A stretch of 63,864 nucleotides of DNA, the filler included, from Pelomyxa schiedti (lineage: Eukaryota > Protista > Evosea), in NCBI GenBank assembly GCA_020536535.1. It is 8 parts of 8 records of this genome, joined end to end, with 100 filler letters (N's around TTAATTAATTAA, not from the genome) between each part and the next. Parts side by side here need not be neighbours in the genome. Positions count along the whole stretch, not along the records: positions 31,675 to 35,741 come from JAHLWZ010001648.1; positions 35,842 to 37,378 come from JAHLWZ010002435.1; positions 37,479 to 38,557 come from JAHLWZ010002875.1; positions 38,658 to 55,613 come from JAHLWZ010001134.1; 4 more parts are not named here. One strand, written 5' to 3'. Positions 35,166 to 48,495 of the stretch are shown piece after piece. Position 1 is the first letter of the stretch. Each line of letters begins with the position of its first letter. The position numbers and the translations under genes are program-made. The notes below the pieces were generated by a model, which saw only the letters and a program-made list of their open reading frames with translations, was not told where the DNA came from and ran no database searches.

Positions 35166-35486
35166 TGTGTGCTTCTGTGGGATGTGTAGTTTGTTGTGTG
35201 ACAGTGAAGAAGAGAACAAGAACGAGATCAAGAAAGGATTCTATTATTTATTCTGTTTGTTTGTTGTTTGTTTAGATTTGTGGAGATTAGGTCGTGATTC
35301 TAAGGTCGGAGTGTGTCGGGCTGAGGACTCGAAAACGACTTGAAATCGAGGTGAACGATACGGTAGATCTCCGCGAACTTGATTTCCTAAGATGTCAGGT
35401 CCGAGTGCTGACTCAGCAGGTCAGTCTCTCAGTCTCGGTGTTCGTTCTCGCAGAGAGTTTGCTTGTGTATTCTACTGAATCACACA
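35166..35486. mobile_element. 321-bp insertion with TG..CA ends and CAGC target-site duplication (solo LTR or MITE)
   Basis: Absent from the paired arm. CAGC at 35162-35165 and 35487-35490. Ends are tgtgtg...cacaca, with a 13/17 imperfect terminal inverted repeat. Confidence 0.8.
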
Positions 35487-35841
35487 CAGCATTGTGGAGC
35501 CTCACAGTGAGTGATGTGTTGCAAAGGCCACATTTCAGTGCACTGGACCCTCAGTAATCCAATTGAATTGTGATGTTTTGAGTTACTTGTGGAGCCACTC
35601 GACAGTTCCCGAACTCGCAAACCATAAATCCACTTGAAAAAAACACAAAAAAATCAGAATACATCACCATCTATCTGTTTTGTTGTTGTTTGACGTGGTG
35701 TCAACGAAACTTCAGTGATGTGCCTCAACCATGAGTAATGTNNNNNNNNNNNNNNNNNNNNNNNNNNNNNNNNNNNNNNNNNNNNTTAATTAATTAANNN
35801 NNNNNNNNNNNNNNNNNNNNNNNNNNNNNNNNNNNNNNNNN

Positions 35842-37142
35842 ACATTCCAGCTTCAAACTTCTTGAGTGCTTTTCCAGTTAAATACTTGCCAGTGATCCAT
35901 TTTGCCACTTCTAGATGTCCATTTCTGCAAGCCTGAAGAAGGCATGTTCCACAATCAGAAATTCTGTATTGTTCAGAGAGCCACATGGCCACTGCAAGGT
36001 GGTTATTTCTGCATGCCAGACTTATTGGGCTGTAGAGCATGGAGGTGAGGCCAACACCGGAGCACAACGATACTGTATTGATATCCACTGGAGTACAATT
36101 GAATGCCTTTACAAGCCACTTAAGAGTTTCAAGCTGGCCAGCCCAACAACACACGCTTGGCTTGGCATCAAGCTTCCCAATGGAAAATTGCTACAACTAT
36201 GTGAGAACTAGAGTCTTAAAAAAAATAGGAAAACACCTTGGCAATGTACGCAGAGTTATCCACATTTCCAACCATACAGCTCAGATCAAATGACAGTTTC
36301 CCAATTGCTCTTCGAGAGAATGAAGTGATACTAAAATCTGAAGCGTACTTCGAGTAAATCCATCTTGTGAGCTTCATTCACTGCAGGTAAGTGGCCATGC
36401 ATGTAGAGCAAAGAGGGGGGAAGGGGAAAAAAAAAACCTTGTGAGAACCAAGTGCCGCAGCAACTCCAAGGCTACAAAAAGGCCCAATCAAATTCACCAG
36501 CCTGCGGCCAAACAGAGCCACCAGCGGGAACATAGCCTCCGCAATAGCAACCACATCCCTCACCACTGTCTCCCTGCTCCCTGCAACAAACTTGTGGCGT
36601 CATCGTTAACCCCCAACCACACACCCCAAAACAAATTAGCACACAACACACACACACACACACACACACAACACACACAACACACACACACAACACACAC
36701 AACACACACAACACACACAACACACACAACACACACAACACACACAACACACACAACACACACACACACACACACACACCTCCTCCAGCAAGAGCAGATC
36801 GTCCTCGGCCATCCTGCACCCCCCCGCGGCGTCGCTGGTTGCCCCACTTGCTAGGGCTGCTGACCTCGGCCGAGCCGCCGCCGCCGCTGCGGTAGTGTGC
36901 GGGCTGGCCCTGCCCCTGGCCTCGGCGTCGGCCTCGTCCCCGCACCGCCGCTGCATGAGGGGGCACCACGCCCCGCCCACCACGCGGGGCAGCTGCCCGT
37001 CGACCGCCCCCACGGGCATCACCCACGGCACCACGTGCAACCACACGCAGTGGCACTGGCTCATCATCTCCCTGAGCGTCGTCGATGATGATGGCGCCGT
37101 CGTGGCCGTGGCCGCTGGTACTTGTGGGCCGTTGTCTCCCAT
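35842..37142 (-). CDS. Ankyrin-repeat-like protein (multi-exon, 3' end in gap)
   Basis: CCWAGQLETLKWL, SLACRNNHLAVAMWL and QACRNGHLEVAKWI repeats; GC-rich first exon from ATG 37142. Confidence 0.7.
36640..36779. repeat. Compound (CA)n / (CAACACACA)n microsatellite, probably intronic
   Basis: Directly visible; begins at the minus-strand GAG|GTGTGT donor-like junction. Confidence 0.9.
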
Positions 37143-37478
37143 TTCGTTAGGTTTGGTTTCGAATTCTTCCGTTTTTTGTTTTATTATTGGCGGTTGTTTG
37201 GGTGCAATGGGTACACATTCACATTATCAAACATGTTTGGGTACACTTTACAAGTGTTGTGTGAGTAGTGTAAAGCGTGGTCAGAAGTCGGTCTCGTCAT
37301 CAAACTGGAGAGGCTCACTGTTGTTTGGGTGTGTGATTAGGTAACGTTTGAATGGAATGGTGCGGTACCTATCTTCGGNNNNNNNNNNNNNNNNNNNNNN
37401 NNNNNNNNNNNNNNNNNNNNNNTTAATTAATTAANNNNNNNNNNNNNNNNNNNNNNNNNNNNNNNNNNNNNNNNNNNN

Positions 37479-37897
37479 GCCGCCGCAACCGCCCCCGCTC
37501 CCTCTTGTTGTTGCTGTTGCTGTTGCTGCTGCTGCTGGGGTTGCGGGGACGACGACGAGAAGGAGGAGGAGGAGGAGGAGGAGGAGGGCGGCGGCATGAG
37601 CTCCCCCGGTATTAGCATCGGCATCGGCGCCTGCATGGTCGTGATCTGGTGGTGGTGCGGGGGCCGCGGCCGCTGCTGCTGCTGCTGCTGCGTGGTGGTG
37701 GTGGCGGTGGTAGGGGCGGCCAGCGGCTGCGAGGGGAGATACGCCTGTTGTGGTTGTTGGTGGGGAGGGAACGACGAAGACGGAGGGGGCGGTGGGGCGC
37801 GCGGAGACGGGGAAGACGACAAAGGGGAGGGCCGCTGGCGCTGCTGTCCGCCCTGCGCGTAGCAGCTCCCTCCTGTAGGTGCCGAGGATGATGCCAT
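37479..37897 (-). CDS. 5' part of a Gln/Pro/Ser-rich protein (truncated by gap)
   Basis: ORF MASSSAPTGG.. with polyQ/polyS tracts, GC-rich. Confidence 0.55.
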
Positions 37898-38099
37898 CTT
37901 CGAAAGTTGAGTTTTGATTGTGGTTACTCTTCCTGGGTGGATTCGCTGCCGGCAGCCATGGTGGAAGGGGACTGCGGTTGACGGAGTTGGAGAGCACGAG
38001 GGCCATCGGGATGTGTGGAGGAAGTGTGTCTGAGGCGCGTTAATTCGGAATTGGACCTAATAGATGAAACTGTGCAACTCCGAGTCAAGGAAGAAAAAA

Positions 38100-38557
38100 A
38101 TGGAGGGCACAACGAAGGGCGGGGTACCCCGAGCCGAGGCCGTGGGCGACGGAGAGAGGGAGGGCGCTACGGACCCCACGCCCGCCGAGGCCAAGCGAGC
38201 CGAGGCCGCGCACAAACGCAAGCTCATGAAGGAGAAGCGGGCCACAACCAGGAAGAAGAAGGACGCCAGGGCGCCACCCCGCCCAGCCCCCGCGCCAACC
38301 AGCGACGGCGAGGGCGAGGGATCGGGCGGCCGGCTGAGCGGCGACGACGATGAAGGGGGGGAGGCCGGGAGCGGGGCCGGGGGCCGGGGCGAGGGCGAGG
38401 GAGAGAGGAGGGGCACGGGCACGGGCAAGGGCAAGGGGGGCAAGGGGGGCCGGGGGGGCAAGGTTGGAGCCACGGGGAAGAGGCGCAAGTGGGTGGACAA
38501 GCGGAACGCGGACGTGTACATCGTGACGCACGAGACCAACAGGCCCAACCCTGTGAT
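38100..38557 (+). CDS. 5' part of a basic/Gly-rich protein, possibly LTV1-like (truncated by gap)
   Basis: MEGTTKGG..; KRRKWVDKRNADVYIVTH loosely resembles the LTV1 N-terminal motif. Confidence 0.45.
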
Positions 38558-39290
38558 NNNNNNNNNNNNNNNNNNNNNNNNNNNNNNNNNNNNNNNNNNN
38601 NTTAATTAATTAANNNNNNNNNNNNNNNNNNNNNNNNNNNNNNNNNNNNNNNNNNNNGGAAGCACATTGGTGTGTCTGTTGGCCGTTGGCGTGCTGCAAA
38701 CTGTGTGCACACTGTTTTCCCAGAAAAACGCTCGTTTTTTGATCGTGTGCACACCGAAAAAGTTTGGGCAGTCCCAACGATCACTTTGTTTTTGGATAAT
38801 CTGAGGCGAAGCAAGGCAAACAGTGATGATGACCCCAACCGGTGGAACTTAAGGTCCTTCATACGAAGGAAGAATAATACCAACAAACGGATCTTGAGCT
38901 GCCGTGATTGTACGGTACTGGTGTCTTTTGCGTTACTCGTGGGAGAAATGGGCCTGTGTTGCTGAGGACTGACCCACAAGTGAGTGTCGCACAACGCACG
39001 GCCCTAACTTCCGCATCTCCATCTGGAGGAATGGCAGGAGACGAAGCCCCCACGCCAACAGATTGGCGGCCACCTACAACCACGAAAAATGCACAACAAA
39101 AACCAGAACCAGTGTGCCTGGCGATCGTAGGCACTTGGCCTACTTCACACTTGCCGTTGGACATTATTCACCTCCCCACAACAACGCACACTGGGTTGGC
39201 GGTTTTTTTTCGGTTTTCCTGATCGTTTAAAGATCTGCCGGCTCGGGGTCGTTAATTTTTAAAAATTCAAAAAATCAGAAAACAAGTTAA

Positions 39291-42200
39291 ATGATGACCA
39301 TTGAAGGCTGTGGAACAGCTCTAATACTGACACTTTGCATATGTTTCAAAAGTGCATTAGGGTGGGAGCTGGAGACTCACCTCGTTGTTACTTCTTCGTC
39401 CCTCCCAAACTGGGGGCCAATGACTGAGGACTATCTGGAACGTTATGACACAATTTACTCTGGAAACGCAATTAGGTACTGAGTCTTACTTCTGTTGTTT
39501 GAGCTGACATTGGAAATTTTGTTCCAGTGACACTAAAGGAAAGTCAGAGGGGTCACCCAGTCAGTCATTATTATCCTCATTGTCATCGTCGTCATCGTCA
39601 GGCTATACCTTCGACAGCTCTGACGCTGCAATTGCTATATCCTATCTTTGTGATGACGGTACTGAGACAGCTATCTGGAAAGGATTCGTCCGCTTGGTAT
39701 GCACTCTCCTTCTTGTTGTAGAACCAACGCGTTTATTCACTAAAAAAAAAAAAGGACGGAACTGTTGTCCCTGCTCCGGGGTGTGTAAGTATGACTGACA
39801 TCCCTGACTACCCTACCACATTACTGATTGATGTCAATGGGGATAATTTAATGGATGTTGTCTACCTTACTTATAACACTGTAAATGGAACGAGTTATTC
39901 TTCACTCGTATTGTAATTCCCCACTATCAGTTTTATCGAGTTTTTAGAATGGCAAATGATAAATTCTCACTGCTGCGTACAGTGTAACTAATACTGGAGA
40001 TGACGTGTTTGCTGCCCCGACAACAGAATGTAATTGGTCAGTAGATCTTACCCTGAAAGGTCTTGGCTTAGGATTTTTCTTTGTAATCAACTAAAAACAT
40101 CCTAGATATTATCCTCGACTTGAATGGAGATAATCAGAATGAAATATTCTTGACCAAACATGATTTTCTTTTCTGGGCCACACCAGGAAATTGCACCCTG
40201 AATGAAATAGTCTTTGCCCTAGACCTTATTGTCCTGTAAAGTGCCTTCTTTCGATTTCCCCGAGATTAATACTATCTTACAGAACTGGTGGACTTCTACC
40301 TTCTTCAGTACTTCCCACTCAACAACCAGCCCTAGTTGTGGGCATGGCTGGACATGTATCTTATTCTTCAAACTGGTCTGCCAATGATCTCTTTTTAGGC
40401 ACAGTATCTAATTTCAGAGAATGGCGGATTCGATTGGTTGACACAGGATATTGCTGAATTTACATATGAGCTTACATCCGCTCAAGTACGCTCTACTTTT
40501 TTTTGAAAAGCGTGGCATTTTACTCTCCCATAGATTGTAGATTATGATGGAGATGGAGTAAATGATCTCATTATCAGTGAGCAAGTAGAAAACTACTATG
40601 TCTCAGATCACCTCCTCTACACGTTTGTGGATCCAGCATGGAACTATATCAAAAGAGTATCCACTGAAACGGAATTCTATGTTGCTGCTCCTTTTTTTGA
40701 CGACAGCGAGTATTCGCCTTCAGCTAAATCATCCCAAACTAAATATCCAAAGCTCCTGTGATGATATTGCTGACGAGAACAGCTGGGACGATGATGGTCT
40801 CTGGGGCTCTGACACATTGGCAGTCACGCGATCGTCTGGTCATGAAACGTCACCCAGTGCAATTTTTAGTACTGAAGGTGAACTTCTGTCTTTTTACCAA
40901 GGTTGTTACTTTTTGTACAAGTGTCAACAACCTAACGCTCCCGTTATCAGGTTTCCTATCTTCAACTCAGAAAGCTGATTTGGTTTTTTCTGTCACCTGG
41001 GAATACAATGGCGACACATTTGGGTCTCCAGACAGTGAGTTCCAAATATTTTGGATTGAAAATACACGGTCAACCTTTGGAACTGAAGGACAGATGGTGA
41101 CATTTGGGATTATCGGACTAATTATTGGATTGATCCCTCTCCTGTAACTTCTTCCTTCTGGTCTCATTTGTAGTAACTCACCTATGCAGACTGCTCATCG
41201 CGCTGAAATCCACTCAGTACGCACCAACTCAAGTTGAAGTGCTTTCAAGTGAGGAATCCACTGAAGAACGACCGTAGACTTAATTTAATCCACAACGAAT
41301 CACTAACATTTCTGCAGAATTCACCCCACTGGATGGCAGTTGCCATGGAACTTCAATATTCAACTGGCTACTTATGGTGTCTGCTTCATCGCACCAATTA
41401 TTGCCTCCTGCGTTTCTTGCATAATGCCGTGGATGTACATGCTCTTTCTTCCACTATGCGGATTTATGTATCTGTTTGTCTTCCTTCCGATTTCTACGGC
41501 TATTCTCCTGCATGACCGAAATACTGCTCCCACTGGATGCCTCTCATCCGGCCGTGGGGCAATTTTCCTCAGATCATGCATGGCATTTATTTTATTCTGT
41601 TCTATGGGAGGTTTCATTGGCATGTACTTCTTTGCTGATGGCGTTTTGTGTGGAGAGGAGTATTGGGTGGAGCAATGTGATAGTGGAAGTAAAATTGCTC
41701 TGGCTATGCTGGTGATTATTTTGACATGCTCTGTTCTCTGGATGGGAAGGTTATTCTTTGAGATTCATCTCATCAGGACACACAAGCTCGTCAACTATGG
41801 ATTGGTACTTTCTGAAAGAACGGAACCTGCAATACCGGCAGAACAACGGGAGCCAAAGACTACCCGGAGGCTTGTCAAAGTGGAGCTGGCTGACAGAATA
41901 ATGTTACTCACCATAATGGTAGGTCTCACTGTAGCAGTCATAACGAATTCTGTTGGAGGTGCAAAAAATTTCTGCATGTAAGTATTGAACAACGTCAATA
42001 CCATCAACACTAACCTTGTTTCTCAGACTTGGTGGCTACGTAGTGATGTTCCTAGTGGTCTATGAAATCTCCATATACCTGGCCCTATTCTTCTTGACCA
42101 GAGTAAAGCCACTCCTTATATTAAGAGGACTGTCAGTGGCTGGATCTGCATGCCTGATACTCGGCACTCTTGCTGTGAACTTCTTCTATGGAACTATGGC

Positions 42201-42467
42201 CATTCGGATGTTTGACATTGCTAATGAGGTCAGCCAAATTTTTTTGCACTTTCAAAACTAAGTTCACCTGTTCTATAGGGCGAACCAGGACTATGGGCGT
42301 TTGGGTTTGCTTCAGGCTTCAGCCTTGCTGTTACAGCTTTTGTTTATGACATTCACACAATCTACATGACCAGAAAGGCAATGCAGTCTGGGGAAGGCAG
42401 TCACCTCTCTGGATCCACACAAACCACACCTGCAACACCAGAAACTTCCTATGCCCACTCCCTATAA
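39291..42467 (+). CDS. Signal peptide + FG-GAP/VCBS-like Ca-binding repeats + multipass membrane domain (multi-exon)
   Basis: Leader ALILTLCICFKSALG; motifs DVNGDNLMDVV, DLNGDNQNEIF, DYDGDGVNDLII; many hydrophobic segments at 41090-42350. Confidence 0.75.
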
Positions 42468-42578
42468 CCGTAATGTAAAAAAAAATTGTTTTTTGGGTAA
42501 TTGATCCTGATGGCTGGTCCTCCCATTTCCGTTTTCGTGCCATGTTGCTCATTTGAAAACGAAAAAAAATCGGTAAGA

Positions 42579-44191
42579 ATGGGTGACATAGAGCTGAAAG
42601 AAATTGTTGTTGAGCGAGGACATGACACAACAAACAACAGCAACCACACGCACAGGCACAAACACAAACACAGACACAGACACAACCACAAACACAGCAA
42701 CACAGGGAGGCAAGTGAGGGCTGAGAGTGAGAGGGAGCGGAAGGATGTGAATGAGGGAGAGGAGGTTGTTACGGTTTGTCCCAAACGACTGGAACATTCT
42801 TTGGTTCCTGCTGATCTCTGGAATTCTTGCTGTGCCGCATTTGTTGACCTCCGGAAAAAAGGTTTGCTGCCTGATGTCAGAGCTTCTTTGTTGGTGACGT
42901 GAAAAAAAAAAAGGTGAAGATATGATCTACCTGCACAAGGCAAAAAGGCAATGGGCCCAGGACAACGCAGGCGCATCACAATTTGAGATTGCTTTATTTG
43001 CCTCAATGGTTGAATCCCATAGTGTGACAGTTTCGAATGCAAACTCATATGAAGGGGTTACTGAGACAATGCTGGACCATGTGGGCTTTGCGTTGGGTTC
43101 GTTCTTGATTTCCAAGGAGAGACCTGAACTACCAAAAGAATGCACTGTCCAGCAATACATTGACAGGTTTGTTTGGTTCAGAACTACAGTAAAGATAGGA
43201 GTTAAATGGAAAATTCTGCATATACTCGTAATTCTGATTAAGTCAGCAATCACAGTCTTACTGGGTAAAATAAAGTGGATTCCAGGGAGCCAGAACTCTG
43301 GCAAAGCTTTGTCACGAAAAGGCAAGTACTCCTCTGGTCATTCGCTTCGTTGTCTTGTTTGTTGTCAACCTTGTCCTCTCGGTGTGTTTTCTTCAAACTT
43401 AAATGTCCCTCTTAGCTCCTTCAGGTTGGCACAGTTGTTTATTGGGCATCTTCAATTGGGGGACTGGTGACAGTTGGAATTGGAATTTACCTGCATTGGT
43501 TCTACTGCAGTGTCTTGTTTGCGTGGAAGACCCCCTACCTGACAGGTTTTTATGATTCATCCATTTTGTCACTACTTTTTACCACTTCACATCAGCAAGT
43601 GCGATGGTGTTTGGAATCTATGGTGGCATGTTCTCAGTTGTTGGTTTTAGTTTTGCCTTGACGTGCAATGATTCCCTGTTCTGGTACCGTTACTGGTATG
43701 GCTGGGGACTGTGGCAATTTGTATACATGGTACTGAGTTCGATTTTTCTTGGACATACATGCAGATTGTTCTGCGGAATCACTCCTTCCAGCACTGTTCC
43801 TGTTCCTCAGGTTAGTGGAATTCCCCAACTCTCTCTTTTTGGGATTGAAAACACTCCCTTGTTCCATTGCCAGTTCCGTGTAATGACATCTCACTCTGTT
43901 GTGGCCTGGATACTCATTGGAATCTATGTCCCCATTTTCATTGTGTTGATCATTGTGGGGCTAGTCCTCTTCAATTGGCACGCGGTTCAAGTTGTGGGAT
44001 TCACTGTTTTATGTTGTCTGTTTGTTCTGCCAGCACTTTTTATTTTCATTGTCATGGCCGCTCAAGTCTTTCCAAAGAGGGTGTCAATTCCAGGCTTGAT
44101 TGTGTCACTTGTTCTTGTGATCAGTTCAGGCGTTGCCGCCGTTGGATTTGGACTGACTGGCGAATGGAATGTTGTAGTGACTACCAGTTGA
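42579..44191 (+). CDS. Multipass membrane protein family, copy 1 (His-rich N-terminus)
   Basis: MGDIELKEIVV..HTHRHKHKHRHRHNHKH..SLVPADLW..SKERPELPKECTV..WYRYWYGWG; several transmembrane segments. Confidence 0.75.
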
Positions 44192-44369
44192 ACATAACCC
44201 CTGCTCAATTGAAATCTTGATGTAATTAGTAATTTTGGTTGAAGCAACATTTCCGTATTCCTTTTTGGGATGTGATTCAAAATGAGAAAGTTGTCTGGAT
44301 GTTAAGTTGGTCAGTTGGCTTTCCAAAAAAAAAAAAAAGGGAACGAGGAGCAACAAGACGAGACAGCAC

Positions 44370-45997
44370 ATGGGGAGTCACATTGAACTGAAAGAAATTG
44401 TTGTTGAGAACGAGAGTAACACAGAACAAAAACCCACAATGGAGGTGCCAATTTCAAGCACATCACACAAAGCAAATGAGGCCAACTATGGTGTTGATGT
44501 TACTGTTCCAAAGCGACCAGTATATTCTTTGATTCCTGCTGATTTGTGGAATGTATATTGCACCACTTTTGGCGGTCTCTGTATAAAAGGTGTGTATATA
44601 TTGTTTTGTTCCCTGTGAAATGTCATCATGAAAAAATCAAAAAGGTGAAGAGAAAATAAGTATGTACAAGGCAAAAAGGCAATGGGCAAAGGACAACACC
44701 GGTGCCTCAGAATTCGAGATTGATTCCTTTGCATCAATGGTTGAACACAACGTTGTCTCAGATGCGGCGAGAAAACTGGATCATGTGAGCTTTGCTTTGG
44801 GATCATTCTTGATTTCCAGGGAGAGACCTGAACTACCAAAAGAATGCACTGTCCGGGAATACATTGACAGGTTTGTTTTGTTCCCTGATGGCAAGAAAAC
44901 ACAGTTAGAATGAGAGAATTGATAACCGCCATTCATTACTTACCAATTGTAATGCTGTATTAACATAGTAATTGCACTAACTGTGGTGCACTTTAACAGT
45001 TTCCTAATATATGTATATATACACTTCAACAACATACCCATTTTTACTGAAATCCAAGTGGATTCAAAGGAGCCAGCACGCTGGCAAAGCTTTGTGACGA
45101 AAAGGAAAGCACTCCTCTGATCGTTCGCTTTGTCGTTTTGTTCATTGTCAATCTTGTCATCTCGGTGTGTTGTCTTCAAACTGGTTACAATCCAGGTTGT
45201 TAATCTTCCATCAGCTTGGAACAATTGCATATTGGGCACCGGGAATTGGAGTGTTGGTGACATTTGGAATTGGAATTTACCTGCACTGGTTCCGGACCCG
45301 TGTCTTGTTTGTCTGGAGGAATCCCTGTCTTTCTGGTTTGTTCCTTCTTTTCTGGAACGTGACTGACTGGACTTTTCACCACTTCACAACAGCGAGCGCC
45401 ATGGTGTTTGGAATCTATGGGGGACTGTTCGCAGTCATTGGTTTTGCTCTTGCCTGCAGCTTCGCGCAACATGATTCCATGTCCCCGTTGTTCTGGTACC
45501 GTTACTGGTACGCCTGGGGACCGTTGCAATTTGTATACATGGTCCTGAGTTCGATTTTTCTTGGAAACACGTGCAGACTCGTGTGCGGGATCACTCCTTT
45601 CAGCACTGTTCCTGTTCCTCAGGTTTGTTGGGATCCTTTTTTTTTTTTTTGGGATTGGAAACACTCACTTTTTCGCCATCACCAGATCACAGGCATCACA
45701 TCCCTCGTCTGCGTTGGCTGGGTGTTCATGGGAATCTACGTTCCCATTTTCATTGCATTGATCGTTGTGGGACTGATCTTCATCGATTGGCATTGTGTGC
45801 AAGCCGTTGGGATCCCTTTTTTCTGGTGTATGTTTGTATTGCCGGCCTTCATCGTGTTCCTTGTCTTGACTGGCATGGGCCACCCAAAGAGGGTGTCAAT
45901 TCCAGGATTGGTTGCGTCAATTGTTCTTGCAGTAGCTTCCGCGATTGCTACTGTTGGTTTTGCACTGTCTGGAAGTTTGTTTGTACAAAGATATTGA
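44370..45997 (+). CDS. Multipass membrane protein family, copy 2 (no His tract)
   Basis: MGSHIELKEIVV..; paralogous exon structure. Confidence 0.75.
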
Positions 45998-46884
45998 CAC
46001 AAAAGCTTGTGGTGCCTTTTGTGGAATATGAACAGCAAAGCACTTCAATTTTTGTTGTTTTGTCAGTAGAATCTTGTACTATAGCTCTCATGCGTGGTTG
46101 TGCTTCTCGCCGTATCCAGCAGCAAGACCACAAAACTTAATATCCAAAAGAGGCTAGAATTCTTGGTGATTAGTGGAAATTTACAAACGCCAACAGTCCC
46201 GCGGTCTGAGCAGCAGTAATAGCATACCTCCTCCTGCTGAATGTTCATACCTGTATGCCGCCCCACAGTGATTAATAGTGTGTTTGCTTGCTGTTTGTGT
46301 TGTGGACGAAGAAAGTATCCACAGTGATTTCTGCTGCACAGCAGGCATCTGTGAAAAAATCTGATGCACTGTTACATGGCCAACAAGGTGCCAGTGGGTG
46401 CATCCCACAAGTGGCAAACTGTGCTGAACGAACAACACCTAGAGTCGGTGACAGGCACACCCAACGCGTGCAACCCACAATGACACCCCTCGTGACCGCG
46501 TCCGAAAGCCAGTTCCGGCGACGCGGCGAGGATCCGGGTTATTGATTGATTGACAACACCCGTGCATTTGGAGTTGACTGACCCACCCTCGGCCGAAGTG
46601 TGTTGATTTCAATGATTCTTCAGAACCCAACTGTTCTCGGTCGCTAGTGAGATAGACTTTAGATCGCGGGATTAGAATGGCAAGAGATTCACCAAAGCTA
46701 AGCTTGGCACCATTCCTGCGTAGCATCACAATGGTCGTTAAATTGGTTGAGTAATTGAGTGTTGAATAAACTATTGTTGCGTTTGAGTTATTTGGTCTTG
46801 TGAAGGAAAAGCTAAGTCGCTATTACGAGCGTCGTGTAGCGTACAACAACACACGAAAAAGCCGGGGGCGGTTTTTTCCCCTGA

Positions 46885-48038
46885 ATGGCCTCGACAACAG
46901 CAACCACTTCATCCTCATCATCGGGCACCACCACGACATTCACGGCGCAGCAGCTGCGCAACTACTCACGATACGTCGACATGTCACTTCACCGCACGAC
47001 GTCGTCACCAACACCAACACCAACAGCAGCAGCAGCGCTTGCTGTCGGGGCCACCGCGGCCAAACAACGGCTGCAACAAGGCGGGTGGGAGTGGGTGGTG
47101 GCCGTGGCGTCGATCGGGGAGGCAAACGTGGGCAAGTCGACGTTCATGTCGCGGTGCATACAGGGCATGACCTCGGCGGCACTCCCGCCGTCCGCTTCTT
47201 CTGGTTTGTAATAATACTTTGATGTTTTGTTATACTTGCTGTATGAGTACCTGGTTTGGTGAGTTGTGGTTGTGACTGTCACACCAATTCAAAGATAAAA
47301 ACAAAATGGGGGCGGTGCTATGCCGGGAAAATAGAGCCACATAACCTGCAGTGTGATGATGCCGGTTTCTATCATGGCACATTTGACTTGGCGGAAAAAG
47401 GCCAACATACTGTTTTGAAAACAAAGGTACTTTTCCCTTTCACTCTCTCGTTTTTCCATTTCCACACACAAGGGAGACAGATGTGGGATTCGGCTGGCGA
47501 GGAAAAATTCCGGAATGTTTGCGTTTCGTGGTACAGGAAGTGTGTTGGTATGTCTATAAAACAAGTTTTGTACCCTTACTTGCACGAAACAAGGTTTCTT
47601 CATTCTCTTTGACTTGAGTGATCATTACACATTTGAAGTTGTTCCGCTCTGGGTCAAGGAAATCACGAGGTACACCTGCTCTGAACCAGGTGACATTCTG
47701 CCCAAGATGTTTATTGTTGGCAACAAATGCGATTTGACACGAGCAGTGACACCGGATGAGATTCAATCACTCTGCTCCGAACTTGGTGGATGTCCCTACT
47801 TTGAGGTAATTAACCCACAACAAGCAACCATTTCCAGATTTTAACCTGTGTGTTATTGCAGGTTTCATGTTACACAGGCCAGGGTCTCCAAGAATGCTGG
47901 AGTGCAGCGGTGACCAGTACATACCATGACATTCTCATTGTGGCAGAGGCACAAGACTCCCAACAGAGGGAGGATAAAAGATACAAAGTGAAAAAGAAGA
48001 AAGGGAAGGGAAGCACAGATGGTTGTTCATTGTCCTGA
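46885..48038 (+). CDS. Rab-like small GTPase with N-terminal extension and polybasic CaaX tail (multi-exon)
   Basis: GEANVGKST, WDSAGEEKFR, VGNKCDL, E|VSC; ends KVKKKKGKGSTDGCSLS*. Confidence 0.85.
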
Positions 48039-48495
48039 CTGCACTTCAAACAATAAATTCATCGTTCATCATTGTATCACAGGTTAGGCCCGATGATGTC
48101 TTGGTCAATTTCACAAATCGGCTCTTCTTTTCGTAGTTACTCACCATGGAGGGCCACACAAAGTTGGAGAAGCTTCAAACAAAAAAAAAGATGAAGCCTG
48201 CTCAGCGTTGCAGTACAACAAGCGTGCATGTCACTGTCAACCTCAGCCAGAAAGGAATGTTCACTGCCTCTATACAGCAGCTGATGGGGAACGGGCTTGT
48301 TGTAATACATACTCCTCCTAGGGTTGAGACTGATGATGCTGTGGTAGTTTGTATCAATTCGTTTCTCTTTTCTTTTGGTTTGGTCCCACCACTGATCATT
48401 ATTTTCGTAACCATCGGAGGTCTAAAGCGGGCCTCAACCATGTTGCTTGAGTTTGTAACTTTTACTGAGAAAAAAACACAGGCAATCCATTGGCC

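Larger units (their letters stand above)
33689..35741. repeat. Large inverted duplication: arms 33689-34297 and 34805-35741
   Basis: The right arm is the reverse complement of the left, with substitutions, small indels and a 321-bp insertion. Confidence 0.9.

Noticed and set aside
36441-36854. His/Thr-rich and Cys/Val-rich ORFs
   Set aside because: Translations of the CA microsatellite.
46496-46526. Short GC hairpin ccgcgtc...gacgcgg
   Set aside because: A 7-bp stem is compatible with chance; no ncRNA hallmarks.
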